This document shows, piece after piece, positions 58,153 through 64,000 of a DNA stretch of 64,000 nt. Under the pieces are notes generated by a model, which was not told where the DNA came from, did no database searches, and saw only the letters and a program-made list of their open reading frames with translations. This stretch comes from a virus (taxonomy: Duplodnaviria; Heunggongvirae; Uroviricota; Caudoviricetes). The DNA lies in the IMG/VR virus record IMGVR_UViG_3300045988_138358; one strand, given 5' to 3'. Every line of letters starts with the position of its first letter. The stretch's first letter is position 1. The translations under genes and the position numbers were made by a program.

Positions 58153-59517
58153 TTACCCAACAGAGGTTGACTCAAACATAGAAAAAATTAACCCTTTACC
58201 TTCGCCAAACTCAGTCTCAATTTCATCAGAAACGGCAGATAAAATGCTACGCAGATCGACATCTCCGCCGCCGAACATATCGCCTAACGCTTGTTGCTGG
58301 TGAATAAGCTCATCGTTAATTTTTTGCGCCAGTTTCTTGAAAGCAGCCCCCATACGCTTAGCGCTTCTGTTGTTGGCAACAATAAACAGAGCAAGCGCTT
58401 CCGCTTCCGGAGTGCTATCTCCAAACAATCCGCGCTGTGCGATCACCTCTTCTACTGCCTGACCGTTATCTTTTGCTTCACGAACAAGGTTAATTGCTTC
58501 CTGTAGCGCGGCAATAGCCTGTTTATCCAGCCCATTCAATTGCTCTATGCCGTCTACTAGTCCGGTTACCGTGTCATGGTGAACATCGCCTGAAAGTGAC
58601 TGCATTTGCGCAAAATCGCTGGCTGCCGTATTTAATGCGGTAAGGATGTTACGCATTTCCGGATCTGGCTCTTCCGCCACCAGCCGGACAAGCCTTTCAT
58701 CCTTGTACGCTTTGGCAAAAATTGCATTCTGGATGCGGTCGATAAGTTGTTTCGTTGGACGCCCATCGGCAGTAAGCAAACCTGCCGTCGCCGTATCACC
58801 TATTTCGCGCAGAAACGCACGAATAAACGCATCATTGGACCGCGCCAGTAGATTCCCATCATCTGAAGGATTAAATAGCGCCATGACGCTCTCAGTGAGA
58901 AATTGCGCATCCGCATACGCTTTTTCACTTGCAGCCATCTCTTGCAGATCGCTGATGTTTGAATCGCGGGCAAATTGTGCGCGGTCTACATCTGTGAGTC
59001 TTTCGCGCACCAATACGGGCATAGACATTTGTGAAATGTCGTCAGGATTCAGACCAAACTCTTTTGCATGATCGATCAGGTACTGGCGATATTCATCCGC
59101 CTGCCCTTGCTCATAGGCACGCCAGATACCCATGCTCCTTCCGTTGCCGGATTCAACAACGTTGTCCGGACCAACTATCGGCGCTCCGTGGCTGCTCATG
59201 CCGGAATCCGTTAATTGTGCCGGGCGTAAATTGGAGGCAATACGGTTAACCTGGAGTTTGCTGGATAGCCGTGTACGGTCACGTGGCTGGAGTTCTTCCG
59301 GGAAGGCCGGATTAATCGTACCGTCAAGGTTGTTCGAAATGATCAGGCTGCTGGCATCAACGACCTTAAAAGCCGTCTTTACCTCTGCCCCTTTACTGGT
59401 GACTACGTAACTACTGCGCCCCTGGCGTGTTTCTCGCCTCTCTAATGAAGAAACCAGCGCAATAACACTGTTAATGTCTGCTGCTTCGGATATCGCGGAA
59501 GTAACTGACTTGTTCAA
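58153..59517 (-). CDS. hypothetical protein, possibly virion-associated
   Basis: 454-aa ORF in the darA-like operon. Confidence 0.45.
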   Translation of the reverse strand: MNKSVTSAISEAADINSVIALVSSLERRETRQGRSSYVVTSKGAEVKTAFKVVDASSLIISNNLDGTINPAFPEELQPRDRTRLSSKLQVNRIASNLRPAQLTDSGMSSHGAPIVGPDNVVESGNGRSMGIWRAYEQGQADEYRQYLIDHAKEFGLNPDDISQMSMPVLVRERLTDVDRAQFARDSNISDLQEMAASEKAYADAQFLTESVMALFNPSDDGNLLARSNDAFIRAFLREIGDTATAGLLTADGRPTKQLIDRIQNAIFAKAYKDERLVRLVAEEPDPEMRNILTALNTAASDFAQMQSLSGDVHHDTVTGLVDGIEQLNGLDKQAIAALQEAINLVREAKDNGQAVEEVIAQRGLFGDSTPEAEALALFIVANNRSAKRMGAAFKKLAQKINDELIHQQQALGDMFGGGDVDLRSILSAVSDEIETEFGEGKGLIFSMFESTSVG

Positions 59518-59610
59518 AATACACTCCCCTTACATAGAAAGCAGGAAGTGTAAAAAGTGTGTGATTTATGGACTTACAGGAAAGTGAAAGGGGCATTTCA
59601 GCCCCTTTGA

Positions 59611-59979
59611 TTACCCTGCATAACCGTTGGCTTTCACCCAGCTTATGGTCTGCTCTTTAGCCTGTTCCAACGTAAGGAACTCGCCTACATAGTTTGAGAT
59701 CCCACGTAGCGCATCAATAAATTCCATTTGCGTGGACTTTGTGAATGCACCTCCAAGGAAGTCTGTCACTATCTTAGGAATGTCACCTGCAACAGTATCT
59801 GGCTGCGCCTGCGGGTCCGATACTGATTGGGCCGCAGCCCCAAGCCCCAGTTTAAGCATCACATCAACAATCTGCTTACCAATTGAGACGCGTTGCAATA
59901 CTGGCGCGGTTTTCTGCGCCTGCATTAGATCTGATAGCTCTTTACCTAATTTCAGGCGTTCTAAAACAGAGATAGCCAT
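59611..59979 (-). CDS. hypothetical protein
   Basis: 122-aa ORF. Confidence 0.4.
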   Translation of the reverse strand: MAISVLERLKLGKELSDLMQAQKTAPVLQRVSIGKQIVDVMLKLGLGAAAQSVSDPQAQPDTVAGDIPKIVTDFLGGAFTKSTQMEFIDALRGISNYVGEFLTLEQAKEQTISWVKANGYAG

Positions 59980-61910
59980 TAAGCACCTCCCTGCTGAATT
60001 TCAGCCAGAATATTGATCAGGTAGTCAACGGCTGCACCTACAGTTGCTTCGTTCTCGTCATATCGACCAGCACTGATTAGAGCGTTTGCTGCTTCCTGCA
60101 CATGATCAAGTTCAGCACTGATGACCGTCAGATCGCGGGATGTAAACTGCTTCGGCACGGATTTCAGGTACTCCAGCGCTTTATCTGCCTCCTGATCAGC
60201 TTCACTTGCTGATTCACCAGCTTCTTCTGGCTCCGGCTCCTGTTCTGGTGCTGGTTGTGGTTGTGATTCCGGCTCAACCACATGCTCTGTTTTTACTTCG
60301 CTTGAATGATTTTGAAGGGCGTTATACACGTCCATAATGAAAAGGTTCTCCCCATCACCAAGTGGATACGCCACGTTTGGAAACGCTTTGCGGAAAAGAA
60401 TTTTCACTTGCGCCTTGAATGTTTTCAGGTCACTGCCAAACAGGTCTACATAGCCATCAATATGTTTCGACATGCTGGACACAACCAATTGGCCTGCAAA
60501 ATCTTTCAGCTCATCTTCATCAGGAAGATAGAGCAACTCGTACTGGCTGACTTCTTCATCTGTCAGTTTACGGTCATACGTAATGATACCGTGACGAGCA
60601 TATTCGTAATACTGATCAGCCTGGTCAGGACGATCAAGCACGGCTTTATTTCCATCCGGCACAGCACCAACACCAGCCGGGCGAGATTGAAGTGCATAGT
60701 GGTATTTACCTACATCTTGGCTCTCTGGTTGTGATACTGGGTTCGTCTCGGGGTCTGTCTGTGGTGGTTCGGAGTCTTCCTGCTGGCCTGGTAACACATC
60801 AACTTTATATTTATCTGCGTTATGCTCTCGGTAGGCTTTAAGTAATTTGGTTGCAGCATCTGCCAAACTGCCTCCTTTGACAGCACTGGCATCAATACTG
60901 AATTTACCTTCAGGTGCTACTATCGTAACGAAATTGTCACTGCCGGACGTGACATAATTAACTTCAGCGCCATTATCCAGCACTGTTTTTCCGTCAATGG
61001 CAAGATTATGTTTTACATGTCGCAGCTGGTCACTAAACGCTCGTTCTTTCGTTTTTTCACCTTTAGCAGACAACAATTTATCGCGTTTTGCTTGTAATTC
61101 CTCGTTGATGGCTTTCTGGGCATCAAGTTTTTTTTGCATCTCCGTAAGAGCAGCACGCTTTTCAGTCAGCCCACGTTGTGCAACGTCCACCTGATCAATC
61201 ATTATTGACCGTTCTTCTGCCAGTTTATCTGCCTCATTGAGATAACTCTCAATATCTGCCTTCATTTTGTCCTGGCGCTCTTTTGCTTTCTTAAATTTTT
61301 CGCTGTTACGCTCAATCAAATTAGATAGCGCCTGGCATACCTGGCTTAAAGAAACATCTCTCCCACCAATCGGGGCGACAACGTGAGTTACGTTACGCTT
61401 ATTAAGTAAAAACTGAAATGCAACAAGCTCGTCGTTACTCTTTATTTTTGCCCCGTCAGCTGTTGGAGAGTGGAAAATTATGCTTGTACTCTGCCCGTCA
61501 GTAAGCGGTATCTGCGCGGTCAAAACAGGGATATTAGCTACCCGACGCACACGACCGATAATCGCACCACCAATACAATTACGTCCATTTTCATCGGTCC
61601 CGGCTTCATCAGTCCCTGCCATAATATTCGTACCATTCAGGCCACGATTCAGCGCACGGACGAAAGCTCGCATTGTTTGAGCTAACCGAATTCTGGTTGT
61701 AGTTATGGACTCAAACATAGCTTCGTCAGACACAACCAGTATTTCATTGCCCATATAGGCAAGCTCAATATCTTCTAAGGTCGCCGCCTCAAAAATCAGG
61801 TCATCTTCGCTTAATTCTTCTGAAGACCAGCGACTTGGCACATAGCCGGGGATCGTATCAGCAAAAGTAGACTGAATATTAATTCGTAAAGGATTGTTAA
61901 TCATGCTCAT
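59979..61910 (-). CDS. DarA-like virion protein (tentative)
   Basis: About 640 aa with central coiled coil and acidic tail, placed after lydA/lydB-like genes as darA is in P1; start at internal Met. Confidence 0.35.
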   Translation of the reverse strand: MSMINNPLRINIQSTFADTIPGYVPSRWSSEELSEDDLIFEAATLEDIELAYMGNEILVVSDEAMFESITTTRIRLAQTMRAFVRALNRGLNGTNIMAGTDEAGTDENGRNCIGGAIIGRVRRVANIPVLTAQIPLTDGQSTSIIFHSPTADGAKIKSNDELVAFQFLLNKRNVTHVVAPIGGRDVSLSQVCQALSNLIERNSEKFKKAKERQDKMKADIESYLNEADKLAEERSIMIDQVDVAQRGLTEKRAALTEMQKKLDAQKAINEELQAKRDKLLSAKGEKTKERAFSDQLRHVKHNLAIDGKTVLDNGAEVNYVTSGSDNFVTIVAPEGKFSIDASAVKGGSLADAATKLLKAYREHNADKYKVDVLPGQQEDSEPPQTDPETNPVSQPESQDVGKYHYALQSRPAGVGAVPDGNKAVLDRPDQADQYYEYARHGIITYDRKLTDEEVSQYELLYLPDEDELKDFAGQLVVSSMSKHIDGYVDLFGSDLKTFKAQVKILFRKAFPNVAYPLGDGENLFIMDVYNALQNHSSEVKTEHVVEPESQPQPAPEQEPEPEEAGESASEADQEADKALEYLKSVPKQFTSRDLTVISAELDHVQEAANALISAGRYDENEATVGAAVDYLINILAEIQQGGA

Positions 61911-62532
61911 CCTCCAGGCGCGCGATTTCTTCTTTAAGAGCACGTGTCTTAGCTACTTCCTGAGACAAGGCAGCTTTAACGTTACCCGTATCTTGCATTA
62001 CTTTGTCTGACTTGCTCTGGAGTTTAGACAGTTTGTCGTTAGCATTAGCGATATCTTCACGGAGTGCATCACGTGATTCTTTCGCTTCAGCTAATTTCTG
62101 AGCGTTAGATTTAACTCCCTGCCGCTTCTTATTTCCGTCATCAATATTTTTTGCTGCACGAGCAAGTTTTCGAGCTAATGACTTCTGGAAAGAAGTTGCT
62201 CCGCGATTAAATAAAGCCGCAAGAGATTGCCCCAAAGCCGACATTGTTTTTACTGGCTTGAACGGTACTGTTTTACCATTCAGTTTGATCCCAGATATAT
62301 CACCGGTATCGTTAACCTGAACTTCCATTGTCTGTTCATCAATACCAATAAGGGTAAACGTGCGCGTCATGATCCCATCTTTCTTCCTGCCATTACTTGC
62401 AGGGATCACCCTCGCTATCTTGTAACCACCTTTGCTGATTTCTTTGACGAGTTTTGCCAGCCCCTTTTCGTTTAACTCATCATAATTAAGAAGAACATAA
62501 TTATTCTTATTTGACATCCCAGTCTCCTTCAC
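61897..62532 (-). CDS. hypothetical basic coiled-coil protein
   Basis: 211-aa ORF between the lydB-like and darA-like genes. Confidence 0.4.
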   Translation of the reverse strand: MKETGMSNKNNYVLLNYDELNEKGLAKLVKEISKGGYKIARVIPASNGRKKDGIMTRTFTLIGIDEQTMEVQVNDTGDISGIKLNGKTVPFKPVKTMSALGQSLAALFNRGATSFQKSLARKLARAAKNIDDGNKKRQGVKSNAQKLAEAKESRDALREDIANANDKLSKLQSKSDKVMQDTGNVKAALSQEVAKTRALKEEIARLEDEHD

Positions 62533-62953
62533 GCTTTTCGATCGTAAACTGGCGCTCTATGCAGTCATTGATAGGGAAAATGCGATAAAGCGGATTCAGT
62601 CGACAGTTACCGTTAGTCAATGTGACTTTCAGATCCCACTTCGTTGGCTCAAGATATTTCGTATCGATGAGCAAATACTCTTCTCTCTCACCGCGTTTTG
62701 AGGCGTCAACTGGTCGCGTTTTCCCTGAAATAACCACAGATGGATTTTTCAGGTCTTGCAACCAATATTCGATTTGAGCATTGCTGACCCAGCTTCGCTT
62801 AACACGTAGCGAAACAGGAAATGCTATAGCGGATTCTTTCACTACAGCGTCACCAATACTCAAAATCTCAACACTCTTGCGACGAAAAATGAAACGGTCA
62901 ATGATGGCAACAAATGCCATGATAAAAATGAAATAATTTCCAAAGTTACCCAT
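62507..62953 (-). CDS. LydB-like protein (tentative)
   Basis: 148 aa with N-terminal hydrophobic helix, directly after the holin-like gene; P1 LydB is of similar size. Confidence 0.35.
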   Translation of the reverse strand: MGNFGNYFIFIMAFVAIIDRFIFRRKSVEILSIGDAVVKESAIAFPVSLRVKRSWVSNAQIEYWLQDLKNPSVVISGKTRPVDASKRGEREEYLLIDTKYLEPTKWDLKVTLTNGNCRLNPLYRIFPINDCIERQFTIEKREGDWDVK

Positions 62954-63279
62954 TATTTCTCTCCACCTTTTCCCCCATTCGCTATTACGCTTAAGAGATT
63001 CAAGACGTTACTAGCTCTGGACTTCAAGCCCTGTAAAATTTCACTACCGTTGTTACTGGCAATCAGAACAACGCAGAAAATGATACCTTCAGGCCATTCT
63101 TGGCTAACCGCCACCCCATACCCCGCAAGCCCGGCTGTTACCGCAGTAAACAATTCACTCGCAAGATTGAGCAGGGACGCAGAAATGCGCCCGTCTCTAA
63201 CTCCGAGAAGGAATACGCCGGTTCCACTTAGTAGGGATGTTATGACTACTACAGCCAGATTTTCATAATCTGCAAACAT
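62953..63279 (-). CDS. holin-like membrane protein (LydA-like)
   Basis: 108 aa with three predicted transmembrane helices; first gene of the operon. Confidence 0.45.
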   Translation of the reverse strand: MFADYENLAVVVITSLLSGTGVFLLGVRDGRISASLLNLASELFTAVTAGLAGYGVAVSQEWPEGIIFCVVLIASNNGSEILQGLKSRASNVLNLLSVIANGGKGGEK

Positions 63280-63357
63280 ACCCCTCCAGAAATAACATCT
63301 AATGCGCCACTAACTTAGTCAGTTTGTTATTTCCTTACAGGACATCTTCTAGAATCT

Positions 63358-63380
63358 CCCCCCTTAACATACAAGGGGGG
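63358..63380 (+). promoter_or_regulatory. hairpin that sequesters the cin ribosome-binding site
   Basis: CCCCCCTT-AACATAC-AAGGGGGG; the 3' arm is the only Shine-Dalgarno-like sequence, 4 nt before the cin ATG. Confidence 0.4.
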
Positions 63381-63384
63381 ACAT

Positions 63385-63945
63385 ATGCTTATTGGATACA
63401 TTCGCGTATCAACTAATGACCAAAACACCGCTTTACAACGAAACGCCCTTGAAAGCGCAGGATGTGAGCTAATTTTTGAGGATAAGGCGAGCGGCAAAAA
63501 GGCTGAACGCCCAGGGTTAAAAAAGGTTCTGCGTATTCTTTCCAGAGGTGACACCCTGGTCGTATGGAAGTTAGATCGTCTTGGGCGCAGCATGCGTCAC
63601 TTGGTTGTGCTGGTGGAAGAGCTGCGTGACAGAGGCATTAACTTCCGGAGTCTCACTGACTCCATCGACACCAGTACACCAATGGGGCGCTTTTTCTTTC
63701 ACGTAATGGGGGCGCTGGCAGAAATGGAACGTGAGCTTATCATTGAACGTACACGCGCTGGACTTGATGCAGCTCGCGCAGAAGGTCGTATAGGTGGGCG
63801 TCGGCCTAAATACCAAGAAGAAACATGGCAGCAAATGCGGCGATTGCTGGAGAAGGGCATCCCTCGTAAGCAAGTTGCAATCATCTATGATGTGGCTGTT
63901 TCCACGCTTTATAAGAAGTTTCCGGCATCATCATTTCAATCCTAA
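63385..63945 (+). CDS. cin: serine DNA invertase Cin
   Basis: MLIGYIRVSTNDQNT...TLVVWKLDRLGRSM...GRFFFHVMGALAEMERELIIERT...GIPRKQVAIIYDVAVSTLYKK, near-identical in pattern to P1 Cin and the Hin/Gin family. Confidence 0.9.
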   Translation: MLIGYIRVSTNDQNTALQRNALESAGCELIFEDKASGKKAERPGLKKVLRILSRGDTLVVWKLDRLGRSMRHLVVLVEELRDRGINFRSLTDSIDTSTPMGRFFFHVMGALAEMERELIIERTRAGLDAARAEGRIGGRRPKYQEETWQQMRRLLEKGIPRKQVAIIYDVAVSTLYKKFPASSFQS

Positions 63946-63962
63946 ACCTTGGTTTAAGAGAA
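63937..63962. other. cix-like inversion crossover site
   Basis: CAATCCTAAACC-TT-GGTTTAAGAGAA: 12-bp imperfect inverted half-sites around a 2-bp core, overlapping the cin stop codon. Confidence 0.65.
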
Positions 63963-64000
63963 CTCGGTACCAGCGGTGAAAAGATCCCCCTGTTGAGTAC

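Noticed and set aside
1-64000. Scan for insertion sequences, transposases, integrons and rRNA.
   Set aside because: No transposase-like ORF, terminal inverted repeats flanking a gene, attI/attC structures or rRNA-like stretches were recognised; the only site-specific recombinases are the Cre-family and Cin-family enzymes with their own sites.

Overview
This window reads as a segment of a P1-family plasmid-prophage (phage-plasmid), most closely resembling Salmonella phage D6: the Cre-like recombinase sits 152 bp from a site matching the D6 rox site at 31 of 32 positions, as recalled from memory. All family assignments below come from reading the translated ORFs and the DNA by eye; no database search was run. 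Main content, left to right: a PAAR-like spike protein; a ParM/ParR partition module with 11-bp iterons; a second ParF/ParG-type partition module; an rdgC-dcm-dam operon; a gpV-like spike and three unknown proteins; higB/higA; a low-GC membrane protein; a lambdoid-like accessory block (Ea22 paralogs, a ClpX zinc-finger protein, a PP2B-type phosphatase, DUF551, HumD behind a LexA box); a dUTPase operon ending in a terminase paralog whose ATPase motifs are degenerate; Dre/rox; pacA-pacB with a GATC cluster; four tRNA genes; a DarB-like giant methyltransferase-helicase; an ant/icd-like module; a RepL-like gene; portal and head genes; a low-GC HEPN membrane protein; a lydA-lydB-darA-like operon; and Cin with a cix site at the window edge. 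A conserved motif (TGTTAGAAAAT, often as an inverted pair) recurs at more than ten promoters and looks like a C1-type operator network. No CRISPR array, rRNA or transposase was seen. Coordinates of short sites may be off by 1-2 nt.
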